A stretch of 64,000 bases of DNA from Selaginella moellendorffii (lineage: Eukaryota; Plantae; Lycopodiophyta), in assembly GCF_000143415.4 (NCBI RefSeq), contig NW_003314309.1:186001-250000 (forward strand), in the 5' to 3' direction. A model generated the notes under the pieces. It worked only from the letters and a program-made list of their open reading frames with translations. It was not told where the DNA came from and made no database searches. The translations under genes were made by a program, and so were the position numbers. Below are positions 37,319 through 50,869 of this stretch, one piece after another. How positions within the stretch are numbered: the first letter of the stretch is position 1; each line of letters begins with the position of its first letter.

Positions 37319-40300
37319 CTAGAGCTTGTAGAGGAACGTCACCTTTTGTGCCACTTCTTGCCCGGAGCTTTTGTCAAGGTCTCCTTCCAGGCTCTCCACA
37401 AGATATGACATATGGTATGCTTGAACCTGGCTGGGAAAGAGCTTCACCACCTCCGTGACGTTCAAGTAGTGAGTATGAACCTCTTGGAGAAGGTGATGGA
37501 GCATCGCATACGCGATGGTGATGCCGTCGTGTGTGCTGGTTCCTCTTCCCAGCTCGTCGATGACTACCAGCGAGCGAGAAGTTGCCTTGTGGAGAATAGT
37601 TGAAGCTTCACTCAGCTCCTCGAAAAACGTACTGGAGCCCCTCTGGATTCTGTCCATCGCCCCTAAACACGGCATCGAATACATGCAGTTTGGCTGTCGC
37701 GGCTGGAACATACGATCCTATCTGCACGATAACAAAACATACGGAGTGAAAAGAAATAAAGATAGTTGCGAACCTGGGACATGATTGTGATTAGAGCAAC
37801 TTGACCGATGTAGCAACTTTTACCACCCATTTTTGGACCAGTGATTATTTGCGATCGTTCACCCTCACCAGAAACAACTGTGTCATTTGGTACAAATGCA
37901 TCTTGCAGAGTCGAATCTAGGACCTGCTCACGGAAAGACATTCCAGTAAAAATATTAAACGACAAGAGCAAAAGAAACAAACCGGATGTCGACCACCTTC
38001 TATCTTCAAAAGGCACGCTTCATCCACGAACTCCGGTCGAACATACCCCTGAAGCACATTTTTCATTCAGATAAGCGTTGAAAAACACAAGGAGACAGAC
38101 CTGATTGCACGAGACAACAGCAAGGGAATCAAGACAGTCGAGAGCTGCTAGTGCCTGTACTGCAGCCCGGAACTCCATGTGATAGGAGGTAAAGTCAGTC
38201 AGGAACATGTCCCATGCTTTGGCGCAAGATATATTTAATTGCTCCTTTGCAAGTGCCATTCTTTCCGATGCTTCCAAGACCTCCGGAGGATGATAGCGGT
38301 TTGCCTTTTTCGTACTGTTTATTTTAACCCAATCTGCAGGTACACGCTGCGCACATGGAACCTGAAACTACAAGCTTTTAGCAATCAAATAACTGAATTG
38401 AGAAAAAGAAAGTACCTCGACCAAAAACGACGTTCCCGAGACGCTCAAGTATTCCAGATTTGAACACTTCCAACAGTTTCCGATAACTGGGAAGAAAACT
38501 TTCGAGATCCTCCTCAATACTTTTTATGGTCTCTTTGCATTCGTCTACCTGAAGCACGACTTAAACGAAGTCTGGGAAACGATAACAAACCTCGGGATAC
38601 TGGCCGGCAACAAACAAGTTAATCTTATCCCCAGCTGCTGCTGCCTCTGCATTCAAACTTGTCACAAGCTTGTTTGCGTGATCTATCACTGAAGTTGAAG
38701 TCACTGCGGAGATTAGCCTGCTGAGGAGCGCAGACCTGGCGTCGCGAACCCGTTGAAACTGGGACGCTGCTTTCATAATCGCATTAATCACGTTAATGAA
38801 CTGCAGCAAACATTACGGTCAGAAAAGAATAACAATCAGGATTACAGAAAAGGAAAGGTACCTCATACGTTGTTGCTGTTTTGTGATAAATTCTTGTGAT
38901 ACCACGCTCAAGATCAGGCAATTTTCCCAGCAGCAACAACGTTGAAGCTAAAGTTGCAACTGTTGTGCCTCTGCCTTTATCTCCAATGGATTCGGCAATT
39001 TCCGCAACGGCGTCTAAACGTTGAGAAATAAGCATGCGGTCTCTTAACGGATGGGCCACCTGAAAATAGACATGAGTGGAAAAAACGAAAAATCCAAGAT
39101 TGTGACTGAGACCAAACTCCTTACCCAATACTTAAGCAGCCTCGCGCCAAAAGCAGTTTTTGTGTGGTTCATAAGCCAGAATAAAGATCCGTTTTCAGTA
39201 CCATCAGTTTGGTTATGTAGAATCTAGAAAGAAAAAACTTGTTACTGGTAAGTAAACATCGCATTCAGTGGTTACCTCAAGCTGGCGGATGGTGTTGGGC
39301 GAGAGCGTCATCTCTTGCTGCCCGGCAAATGGTCGGAAAAGAGCTCCTAAGCGCAATACATTTTCCAGATTAAACTGCTTCAGATAAGCAAATATATGCG
39401 CAAACGCAGCAACCACGATTTCTGGCATCGTCATCAACGCCTGCAAACTTCAATTCTCATCCGATAGTGTAATCAAGACAACTAGAAAATTACCTCTAAC
39501 CCTGCATCAACCTTCTCGTCCAGACAGCCTTTCTTAGAAGACGCCAAGCTCCCGTAGAAGTCCGCAAGAGCAGCAACAGTACCGCCATTTTCAAACGAGT
39601 TCTCAGGCGTCTTCTCGGCTCGAACATCCGCTGCGCCTGCATAGTCCATCAACAACTATACAAAAATCACCATCATTCATATACAACCCGATCAGAGAAA
39701 AGAAAACAGCTTACCTTCTTTGTAGAAGTGGACAAGGACGCAGATAAAAGAAGTTCTGCGGGAGCACACGCAAGCAACCGTGATTCCAGTTCCGTCCTGG
39801 TGACAGTGTCCATAAAGTGACCGTACATCACGTCTCCGGTCGAGGTTTCCACGGCCACCACCCCAAATCTAGCATCAAAACTTCCCTTCACTTCATCCTT
39901 TCCAGCGTTGGCCTTGTGCTCGGTGATTGCCTCCTCCACAACACACATGATATAGCTGCTAAGACGAATAGGTCCATCCCTTTCCCCACTCTCTTCTCCC
40001 CCAAGAAACTCGCCCGCCTCGAGCGTGGCCTTGGTATATAGCGCCGAGAGATCTCTCGAGAACGGGCCAGCCTTGTTCGTCCCGTGAGCTTTGATAGCCG
40101 CTGTCTCGGTCTGCTTGACAACGCCAACTTTGTAGCCAGCTTCCACAAGCCTTCTCACATGTACGTGCAACCGGAACGTTGGAACGCTGGCAGTGAGAAA
40201 GCTGTGGCTGTAGTAAGCAACGATTCCCAAAACATTGGCTGCTTTCTCCGCATCCTCTCCGAAAAATCGAAACTTGTATCCCACCTCGACCATGAGAAGG

Positions 40301-40710
40301 ATGTCAGGGAATTTCTTCTTGAGCTCCACAATCTGCTGCTCCAGAGGAGTAAGCTTCTCCTTCCCTGACGGTGGCTTTCCATAAAAGGAGGAATTTCCAC
40401 CACCGCCATCTCTGTCCCCCTCTCCAAGAAGAACATCTACAAACTTTCTACGCCTGTCTTTAATCGCTTCCCCCGATACTCCGCAATCGGCATCCTTCCC
40501 ATCGCCCAACCCGGCGTCTACATCTAAATTCAAGCACCGTTTCTTACTCGCGCTGGCCGCATTCTCGGCTGATCGCCTGAGATGATGCGGCGATGGCCAC
40601 ACTAGTGTGGGAGCCCGCAATGCATCGGTCTCACCTCGCTTGAAGAAGCTGGGGATGATCGCCTGGCCCTTGGCGGCGGCAGCGCCCTCGTCCTTCTTTC
40701 TCTTTCCCAT
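37319..40710 (-). pseudogene. MSH3: MutS homolog MSH3, multi-exon; 5' part looks intact, ATPase domain damaged and truncated
   Basis: LTPLEQQ..ILLMVEVGYKFRFFGEDA (MSH3-type), [27 protein letters not shown] and IDELGRGTST are present. There is a frameshifting deletion at the TRMGA motif, and the gene stops at VTFLYKL. Confidence 0.85.
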
Positions 40711-40789
40711 TCAAAAACTTATAAACCCTAAGATTCTTTCTTCAAGCCCAACAATTACAGTCACCACCCCAAATCTATGCTTGAGGCTA

Positions 40790-41345
40790 AGGAGTTTCTG
40801 GGAGGAGAAGAGGGCGGTGAAAGAGATGGACCAATTTGTCTTAGCAGCTGGGTGCTGGCTTTGGTATATAGAGCCCAAGAAATCGAGAATGGGCCAGCCT
40901 TGTGTCTTGGTACGCCAACTTTGTAGCCAACTTCCACAAGCCTTCCCATACACACAACTGGAATGAGAAAGCAGCCAATTTTCTTAGAATTTGTTTATCA
41001 TAGCCACAGCTTTCTCACTGCCAGCGTTCCAACATTCTGCCACATCCTCTCTAAAAAATTGAAACTTTGTATCCCACCTCAACAATGAGAAGAGTGTCTA
41101 GAAATTTCTTCCTGAGCTCCACAATCTGCTGCTACAGAGGAGTAAGCTTCTCCTTTCCCGACGGCAACTTTCCATCACAGGAGGAATTTCCATTGGAAGC
41201 ATCCTGTCCCCAATAACATTTACAAAATTTCTATACCTGTGTGCTTGCAAGAGGATTTAGATGTAGAAGCCAGGTTGGGGTATTGATTGGCTGCGTTCTC
41301 AGCCGGTCGTTTAAGATGACACAGTGATCATTCTTGAAGAAGCTG
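40790..41345 (-). pseudogene. MSH3: Decayed partial duplicate of MSH3 exon 1
   Basis: Colinear with 39960-40650, with deletions (RLVEVGYKVGV, KAGPFS). Confidence 0.8.
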
Positions 41346-44300
41346 GTGGCCGCAGTGCTTAGTATATTTATTATAAGATTCTTATATTATTTTATTAGAA
41401 TAATATTATTTGTAGGTGAACCATATATTATAGCTTACTTGCTAAATCTGAGAGGGAGATGGAAACTCTTTGGCTAATTATTTTCCTGTTGCATTTGTTA
41501 GTTATTGCAAGAGTGAAATTTCTGCAATATTTATCTTTGGAGACTCATTAGTAAATTATAGAAATAAAATTTACATTTTAAACACTTATGCAAAGGTTAA
41601 TTTCCTCCCTATGGAAGGAAGTTCCTTAGTGGAGCAATAAGGAGATTTTCAAATGGAAATCTTATTCTTGATGTTAATAAAGTGTTTAAATTTGTTCATT
41701 TGCAACTTCATATTTAAATCTTCAATTAATTTAACCATTTTTGTCACCCACAAAGAACATATAGTAAGGTGTAAATTATGGAAGTGCTAGATTTGGATTG
41801 TTTAATATTATTAAAGTTTGTTTAAAGATAATTCATTTAATTTTTTAATTTTGTGTCAAAAGAATCTTTCCAAGCCAAAATTATCCATGACCTATCTATC
41901 TACAAGTGAAAAATTTCATTGAAGATAAACATATACTTATATCTCAAATTGGTCTAAATGCAACACTAAACATCATAAACAATTCTATATTTTACATAAC
42001 ATATGGATCTAATGATATAATTAATAATTACTATGAACTTGATTCTTTTTTGCCAAGTTAATACAAAATCTTAGAGTTTATTGATATTTTGATGCAACTT
42101 TATGATACTCAAATTCTGGTAAACATAATTCATAACTTTAAACTATTATACAACCTCTTTATTTATGTTATAGATCTTGTATCAAGAAAGAACATGCAAA
42201 ATTGTAGTTGCATCCTTATTTTCATTAGGTTGTAGCACTCTTTTTTATCAAACACCATTAACTAACTTGCAAAGTAGTAAACCAGTTTAATTACAAACTT
42301 AATTTAGTCTTATTTTATTTTAGATTAAATTTACTAGGACTTAATATTTTTTATGTAGACTCTTACACTATATTACTTGATATTGTTCAAAATCTTCTAT
42401 CATATAGTAAATTTGTATTAAAGAAAAATACTTTATTGATAAATTTTAATCATGAAAAATTGTAATAAGCTTCACAATTTTTAATGTTGGATGTTGCAAC
42501 TTTATAGAACCCAGTTAAAATACTTTAGTGACAGAATATTTACCCTTGATTTCATCTTGTTTAGATCTAAAAAAGTATATTTATTGGGATCAATTTTATC
42601 TTACCTCCAAAATTTATAACATGCTTACTGATTTATTTTGAATGAAAGTGATTATATATATTCTATTAGCATCTAGCAATTAACTTCTATATAATAAAGT
42701 TTAATACAAATTTTTATTCGTCTGATTTTATTTATAAAATATTATAATAAAATTTTAAACTGAAGTTTTTAAAAGTAATTTATAAATATTTTAAATACTT
42801 TATTATAATAATATTTATGTATAATATTTTACTTTAGAAAAATAAATAACTAGCAATACAAACATATGAATTAATCAAGTTTAGATTATCTGATTTAGAT
42901 TTTTTAGGAATTTAAAGATTATTTACTAATTTAAGAGCATTAGATTATATATAAAATAGTTTTACTTATATTTTCTTCACCATTACTGCTGCTATAGTTT
43001 TAAAGATAAAATAATCTTTAATTTAGGTAGTGAATTGAATAAAAAATAACACTATTCTTTCATAGATATAAATGTTTTTTATCACACTAAATTAATAGTA
43101 AACATTTCTTCTATAAACCCTATACAATGTTTTACTATCAAAGTTCATTTAATTAAATTTATTTTAAAACTTTTGAATTCAGCTATATCAAGTTATGTAT
43201 ATATTGGATTTTACTTAATTAATCTTTGGTTTTTCCTTGATTTTAGTTAAAATAAATATATTAGTAACTGTTCATTATATAAATGGAAAGAAACTATATT
43301 TTGTTGTTTAAATTTTTATTACAATAGCTTGAAACATCTTATTACAAAAATTTGAAATTTCTATAATAGAATTTGGATCAGTTAATTCTTTGAATAATAA
43401 AAACATTTTATAAATAGAATTATTTACGATATAATCTTGAATAAATCCTAATGAATAATTAAATAATATATTAACTATTTATTTTCAAAAATATTCCTTA
43501 CTTAATATCACATTCTAGCCCTAATTGTTGTTTAACATATAGATTTTGCAACATTTGTGGTTGTTGTGTTTTTATTTTATTTAAGTTAAAAACTTTGGTC
43601 TCTTTTCTCATCACATGTTGGTTCTAGGATGGCTATCTTTTTCAGGTCACCATAGCTTCCCAAGATGAGGTGGTAACATTTCTAACATGGATTATCAAGC
43701 AAAGTTCTTCTACCAATTATCTTGGATCCAAAATCCAAAAGTTTCTAGCATGGATTATCTTAGATCTCAAGCAAAGTTCTCCAAAACTTTCTAGCATGGA
43801 AGAGATTTAGGTGGTGGAAGAAGAAAGGATGTATGTGTAACCTCCCCCCATTCTCTAGGCTTTGAGTCTGCGACTGGGATCACTGCTAGCACACGTGGTT
43901 CTTGTTGGATTCCAAGTCTAGAGATCCTCGTCTTGCTTACCAAATATCTTGACGTCCCCGATCAATCACAAGCTCCACCTGGGTTTCCATTTAGAGATGA
44001 AACAAAAGTTTGTAAAGCAGCGAAGTCCATTTTGATCTTCGTCACGAACTTGTCTTCCGAGAACTAAGAGCCTGTCAAGCCTCTCACGAGTTACAATTCT
44101 TCACAGGGAAAAAAGAAAGAAAACACAGCTCCACCTTGAGTGCCTAAACCACGAACATTGCTCATAGTTACTCCTCGAATTCCAACTCTCAGCAATGCTT
44201 GATTGAAAGAACAAAAAGCTTGAATAAAAAAAACCTTGAATCCTTGAGAGTTCTTACCCTTGATGCTTGGGAGTCTCCAAGGTCTAGAAAAAAAGGAGAG

Positions 44301-44479
44301 AGAAGCAAAGAAATTGGTATTACTGCGTTACCAGTCAGATCCGAGCTCCAAAGAATCCGTCCACATCCTCTATCCTCACAATCCAAAAGAAAAGAGAAAG
44401 AAAGCTCAAACCTTTCTGCAGCATGTTAAGATGTGCTATGCGACCCTTGAGCCGGGTCCTCCTTGAAACCTGAATAAGC

Positions 44480-47400
44480 CAGCGGTGACCTCATCTATCC
44501 CTGCCCTCTACAAATCACACCCAATGGTGTGTGGGACGACTGGCCTGCATCGCTCGGTCTTAGCGGCCAAGAAGATTTCCCATTTAGCCCTAAATTGTGA
44601 CACCTCTTCTTCTCGTGATCGATCTGGCAATTGGATGATTTTAGCTGACTCATTCATTTTGACAGCTCATTATTGAGCCACCTGAGGCAAATGATATACA
44701 CTCACTGAGGTATAGAAGTATCTGTGCTGAGAATTTTAGACTCTATGATCAGAACTTTGGATATAAAACTATTCCCATCCAAAGGTTCTACTTGATCAAT
44801 CATCATGGATAGCATATGATTTTCCTCCATTCTCACTGTTCCTTCCTTAATATTGAACCACTGAATTTTAAAAATAATTCTCTTGAATTATCTAAAGTTT
44901 ACCTCATAAATATCCATTAATGTACCTGTTTAATATAAAAGTTATAAAAAACTAACATAGATAAAAATACATACCTGGAAAATCAATATGAGGTTGTTGT
45001 GGATTCCTTAACGTAATTATAATGTTGTCCATTGTTTTCTTATTTGCATTGATTTGAGAAACTCTAAAATGCTTTCCATTAATCTAATATACTGTATAAC
45101 TCATGGCCTAAAATTTAAAAGTAATTAATAATTAATTAATATTAATTATGACTTTGCATCCATTACCCAAGTCCTTAAAAAAGTTTGATCCATTTCCTCT
45201 TCAATTAAGCATATATGTAGAGAAATATTTTCATGCTCTTCTTAATTAAGTTGAATTTGTTTTCCTAAATGCTACAATCGAATACTATTATAATCAAATG
45301 GTATAAACTGTAAAATATTAGTTACCAAATTAGCACTAAAATATTATGCATACAAAAACTCTCTCTTAATAGTAGACCTTACACTATAGATCTTCAAGTT
45401 TTGCTTTTTGTCTTACCAAAGATTTTAAAACTCTTAAATAACACTTAATAAAAAATATTTTTTAGCTAGTTCCAAGACCAACTATCTAACTCATCAATTA
45501 AGTGTACTAATAAATATACTTGTGATGTCATAGCTGTTGTAAATAATGTTGCTTCCAATAAACACACATAAATGATAGACTTTTCTTTCATAATAGGTAT
45601 CAAAGATTTATCTACTTCTTGAGCAGTTAAAAATCTAATTAAAATTAAAATTAATTGAATTCAAAAAATTAAATCAATTAGTACCATACAACTTCTCCAA
45701 GAAAATATTGCTTCCTGTAAATGAGGTGTTATCTTTCCTATTATAAAAATGAGATAAACATCCTACTAAATATGTTAATTAACATTTTAGTAAATTTAGA
45801 AACTTACTCATAGTAAATGAAGCCAATTTTTTTCATACCTATTAACTTACCTTTCTCATCAACATAATTTAAAAATTCAGTTCCATATGTTGTAAGAACT
45901 TTAAAAGCCTCTATATTATTAATAAATAATTTATTTTGATAACTTGTTAATGTCCAAGTTCCATGATCAATTTTTCCATCACGTCACACCACATATTTTA
46001 CTTTATTCTACACACAACTAAGTCTTTTCTAGTATTTAATTCATCATTTTTGGTAGTAATAGTTTTATATTTAGTTTCAAAAACATTCTTAAATATGTGC
46101 ATATAATCTTTTAAAAATGCTACTGGCAACTTATAAAAATATGGAAGTTGATAAAATGTGAATATAACCATTTCATACCATTAGGTAATGATATTTGATC
46201 TTCTTGTCTAACTAAATAATATATGTTGCCTATTGTTCAGGAGTCATTTGTGTTAGTATTGGTCAAATATAATTATGACCATTAAATAAACTAATAAAAA
46301 TTAGAATTTAATTTATGTTTAGAAATAATAACTAAAATCTTACATTCTATTAGTAGACTTAAATTGATGATCCATAGGTAAGAGACACCAATGACCAATA
46401 TATATGCATTTTTATAAACTTTGTGACTATATTCCAAGAATCCAAGTCCATAGTCTAGGTAAAAGTATTTTCCCATTAGTTTGAAGTCCTGAACAAAATC
46501 ATAATCCAGGAAAATCATGAATAAACTATCACACTGCTTCTCTAAGCTTAAATCACCCTCTAGCTTAAAATTATCTTTGCATGGCACTCCATCCCATAAT
46601 TGTTTCAACTCTTCCAAAAATAGGGACCAATAAATATTAGGTACCTTAGGAAGTTTTTGGCCTAGAAAAATTATAAATATAAATATTTCATTTTATTTTT
46701 TAGACTAATACCTGGTATAATCATAATAAGAAATATAAATGAAGGCTTAATTGCTAGAGTTGGTGGTATATTAGTATTAACTACAACAATTGCCTAACAT
46801 GAATATATTTTTGCCATTAATTTTGTTGGAGAAAGATTATTTGCAACTATAGTAAGATGTATATTTCTTGGATCTACTGCAAAATTTGGGTAAATAAGTT
46901 GAACCATCTGCAGGCATTCTCATTATTCCATTAGTGGATTGATGATAAAATTATAAGTTATATATTTTTTTTATTTCTCTACATTGAAATTATTATTGAA
47001 GTCAAGGTATAATAGAGAAATAGTGCATTATTTTCTCAGGTATATAATTGTTAAAATCTTTGTGCTTGCTAGCAATAGAAATTTGACAAAATTGAAGGTC
47101 CTTATTCTCCTTATGAAATAACATAAAATCATTGATGCATGAATTAATCTTTTTTTAGGTAAGTCCATTATGTTTAATGATATTTTCCACTTCCTTATAT
47201 ATATTTGAAACATTTTATTTGTAGGCAACATTTTCTTGAAGAGCCTTCATCCAAATAATGAAAAACTTAATACTATATAATAAATAAAAATTAAATACTT
47301 TACAAAATGATCTGTTGCTTGGCTTGATATTCCAGTAATAACTTGCACATCTAAAATCCTTAAACAAGCCAACAAAATAGAAGCACTTGCCCCTTTATAA

Positions 47401-48185
47401 ATAGGTAATAAATTGTCTTCATTTCCATATAAGCAATCTTAAAAATAATTAAATACATTATCATCCTCAATATCATCATTGCCACTACCATTACCACCAC
47501 TCAAATTAATATAACAATCATCTGGAACTATAGAGCTTTTATCAATTTCAAAAAATTGTTATACTAAAGTAGTAGATCTGCATAATCTAATCCCTTGAAT
47601 ATCTTCCATTGAAAACCATGCATCATGTGGTGCTAAAGGATGTTTACCATAAAGATGAATATGATTTATGATAATTTGTATAAAGTAAATATAATTACTT
47701 CTACACCTTAAACACTAACATGCAACTATCATTCTTAAATCCTAAACAAAAAAATTAATACAGATCTGAGGAAGAAAACAAAGTTCTTTTATTAGGAAAT
47801 TATGTGTTAAAAGTGGGTACATTATACTGCTATTAGTAATTTAGTTGATGTAAATATTGTTGAAATTTATGACTAAAACTTTTGGAACTACAAACCTTAA
47901 GAACTTACATTTTAGTCACAGTTTAAAAGTAAATTGCAACTCTAATTAGCAACATATATGAGCTTATCTAGCTTTAAAGAATATGTTACTACAAATTATG
48001 ATTTATATTTTAGTTGTAAGGGACAACTACTTAAATTTGAGTAACTATAAAGCTATCACAAATTACAACTTAAAATTTGTAACTAAAGCCAATTTGCTAC
48101 TAACATTTAAGTTGAGTTGATTACAACTTAAATTTCCAACAAACACAAAAATTTCGTTGGAAAAACATATCATTATAATGCTTTT
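44480..48185 (-). mobile_element. CACTA remnant, unit 3 (longest; left boundary uncertain, may extend to ~41400)
   Basis: 45260-48185 is colinear with 1-2484 and includes the transposase fragment EELKQLWDGVPC. Confidence 0.72.
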
Positions 48186-48198
48186 ACGGACTGGCAGA

Positions 48199-48448
48199 AG
48201 TCAAGTCTAAGTCTTGACCTGTCGAAATCCACATTCTATCCACCGTGGCCAAAAAATCACCGCAAAAAGAAACTATGCAAAAATCTATGTTATGTAATAT
48301 AGTTGATAGCCCAGTAAAATCCCAAGTCCCCCACTTTATTGACTAGCAAGGCTTTCATCAAGGCCTTTTGCTAGTCAATAAAGTATTTTTACAATGGTAA
48401 ATCCCAAGTCCCCCACTTTATTGACTAGCTCAATTGACTCGAAGTCAA
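48199..48448 (+). promoter_or_regulatory. Cluster of 7 W-boxes upstream of RLP-3
   Basis: Sites at 48199, 48214, 48339, 48373, 48421, 48434 and 48443. Confidence 0.65.
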
Positions 48449-48544
48449 GTGTGCCAAGAATTGGTTATCAAATGTGCGTGTAAACTCTGCAAAAAGAAGA
48501 ACCTCATCCTTCATGATAGCGTTCACTCTTTGATGTTCTGATCC

Positions 48545-50869
48545 ATGGCCATGTCTCTCGCGGATTTGCTGCTGCCTTTGTTTCTACTCGTCTTTCTCAC
48601 AAGATCCCGGTCACAGTGCCCCACAAATCCATCCGCAATCGTGAACGACACACAGGTTCTTCTCTCTCTCCGTGACAGGCTTGGCATCAAAGTGTGGAAC
48701 GAGACTGCCAATCCAAGAGCATGGCGGGGAGTGGAGTGGAGCTCGGACAACCAAGTGGAGGGCCTCGCTCTGTCCAGGTTTAATCTCTCGGGAGTTTTTC
48801 CTGCCACCTGGGCCGAGCTTCCATCGCTGGCTCGCCTGGACCTCTCGCAAAACGGCCTCTCCTCGCTGGAAGTCCCTTGCAAAAATACGCAGCTCAACCT
48901 CCTCAACTTGAGCTCCAATTCCCTGCAAGAGTTCCCCGGAAATCTCTCCAGCCTCGAAAGTTTGGAAAGCCTGGACCTCAGTGGGAACAACTTAACAGTG
49001 GCCAGACTCCCAAAGTTTAGCTTGACCCTGCGATCGCTCAACCTGTCCATCAACAACTTAACTGGGAACTTTTCCATTGGTGGTAACCTGGGACTGGAGG
49101 CACTGGAACTCTCGCACAACGGACTCAGCGGCTCCATTCCAGAAACTTTCGGGGAGATGACGAACTTGACACGCCTGGACATATCGTACAACAGGTTTAG
49201 CGGAGATCTACCCAATATTTGGAGCAAGAACTTGGAGCTCAGGTACATGCGTATCTCCGAAAATTCGCTCCAGGGTGGTTTGCCACCGAGCTTGAGAAGG
49301 CTACGCAAGCTCTCGGAATTACGCGCTGCATACAACTCTCTCTCCGGGCCACTGGAGCTGGAAGATGGCGACTTTGCAAGCATCGAGGTTTTGCACCTCG
49401 GGCTAAACGGGTTTAGCGGAACGATCCCGGCTACGCTGGGAAACTTGAGGAACTTGAAGATCCTGGTTCTCATGGGGAATCGTTTTAGTGGCGCCATACC
49501 TCCGGAGCTTGGAAACTGGTCGAACATCAGAGAGATATGGCTCGACAGCAATAACTTGACTGGAACAATCCCAGGCGAGCTCTCGAAGCTCTCGCATCTC
49601 CAGAAGCTGGTTCTCAGGGGGAATCGTTTTAGTGGCGCCATACCTCCGGAGCTTGGAAACTGGTCGAACATCAGAGAGATATGTCTCGACAGCAATAACT
49701 TGACTGGAACAATCCCAGGCGAGCTCTCGAAGCTCTCGCATCTCCAAAGGGTGGTTCTCACGGGAAATCGTTTTAGTGGTGCCATACCTCCGGAGCTTGG
49801 AAACTGGTCGAACATTAGAGAGATATGGCTCGACAGCAATAACTTGACTGGAACAATCCCAGGCGAGCTCTCGAAGCTCTCGCATCTCCAGCAGCTAGAT
49901 CTCAGCAGCAACGACATCGGCGGGGAGCTCCCTTCCGGACTCTCCAACTGCACCGAGCTCGTCCTTCTCGGGCTGGACCAGAACAAGTTCTCTGGAAATC
50001 TCCCTGACAGCTTCGGGAATTTGAGCCGCCTGCTCCTTCTGTCGCTTTCCAGCAACGATCTTGTCGGTTCAATCCCAGCCATATTGCAAAACATGTCGTC
50101 TCTGCAGTTCCTCTTCCTCGACAACAACAGCTTCAGCGGCTCCATACCGGACTGGCTTCCCAGGCTCACGAACTTACGAGCCATGAACTTCTCGGTTAAC
50201 AGGTTCTCTGGGGAGATGCCAGAAAGCATTGGCCGACTGTTTGCCAACGTCCAGCTTTACGACCAGAACAAACGGTCTGTGATGATTCAAACCGAGCGAG
50301 GACTCGTCTACAACGGTTTCACCTTCCCGACCTACATAGACTTCTCCTTCAACCAGCTGACTGGAAGCATTCCAGCTGCCATTGGCGACCTCTACAAGCT
50401 CCAGGGGTTGTACCTGAGCCACAACCAGCTAACAGGTCCCATTCCCGAGTCCCTGGGGAAGGCAAGGAATCTCTCCTGGGTGGGGCTCGCAAGCAATCGT
50501 CTCAATGGCTCCATACCATCGTCCGTGGCGGACCTCTCGTTTGTCACCATCTTCGACGTCTCCAACAACAACCTGGTGGGACGGATACCTGACAGCCCAC
50601 AACTCTCGTCCATGGACGCGGCTCTCTTCGCTGGGAATCAGCTCTGTGGCTTGCCACTGACCAACACCTGTTCGAGCACTGCTATGCCGCCACACAAGCT
50701 TAGAACAGAGGGACAAGGTGGTAGCGAACAGGACCAAAGAGAGGTGACAACACTTGTCAGCGTTGCCATCTTCGTGGCAGCCGCCTTCAACGCGTTCTTC
50801 TGGACCTATTTTGCGGCAAACCGCAGAGCTCATTCCCAGCTCTGTGGATGCTGGCAATCAAATCTCTAG
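48545..50869 (+). CDS. LRR receptor-like protein, copy 3 (774 aa)
   Basis: Same architecture as copy 1, with three two-LRR modules and an intact ORF. Confidence 0.92.
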   Translation: MAMSLADLLLPLFLLVFLTRSRSQCPTNPSAIVNDTQVLLSLRDRLGIKVWNETANPRAWRGVEWSSDNQVEGLALSRFNLSGVFPATWAELPSLARLDLSQNGLSSLEVPCKNTQLNLLNLSSNSLQEFPGNLSSLESLESLDLSGNNLTVARLPKFSLTLRSLNLSINNLTGNFSIGGNLGLEALELSHNGLSGSIPETFGEMTNLTRLDISYNRFSGDLPNIWSKNLELRYMRISENSLQGGLPPSLRRLRKLSELRAAYNSLSGPLELEDGDFASIEVLHLGLNGFSGTIPATLGNLRNLKILVLMGNRFSGAIPPELGNWSNIREIWLDSNNLTGTIPGELSKLSHLQKLVLRGNRFSGAIPPELGNWSNIREICLDSNNLTGTIPGELSKLSHLQRVVLTGNRFSGAIPPELGNWSNIREIWLDSNNLTGTIPGELSKLSHLQQLDLSSNDIGGELPSGLSNCTELVLLGLDQNKFSGNLPDSFGNLSRLLLLSLSSNDLVGSIPAILQNMSSLQFLFLDNNSFSGSIPDWLPRLTNLRAMNFSVNRFSGEMPESIGRLFANVQLYDQNKRSVMIQTERGLVYNGFTFPTYIDFSFNQLTGSIPAAIGDLYKLQGLYLSHNQLTGPIPESLGKARNLSWVGLASNRLNGSIPSSVADLSFVTIFDVSNNNLVGRIPDSPQLSSMDAALFAGNQLCGLPLTNTCSSTAMPPHKLRTEGQGGSEQDQREVTTLVSVAIFVAAAFNAFFWTYFAANRRAHSQLCGCWQSNL

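Noticed and set aside
40723-40731. Telo-box AAACCCTAA just upstream of MSH3
   Set aside because: A single short motif that is plausible but cannot be distinguished from chance.
41400-44480. AT-rich stretch as a gene or as the left CACTA terminus
   Set aside because: No convincing ORF, TIR or motif could be identified by eye. It is probably decayed TE sequence.
2846-50247. Long antisense ORFs over the RLP genes (2846-3946, 27245-28378, 28385-29656, 48523-50247)
   Set aside because: Typical shadow ORFs caused by LRR codon usage. They mirror the sense repeats and their stops differ among paralogs.
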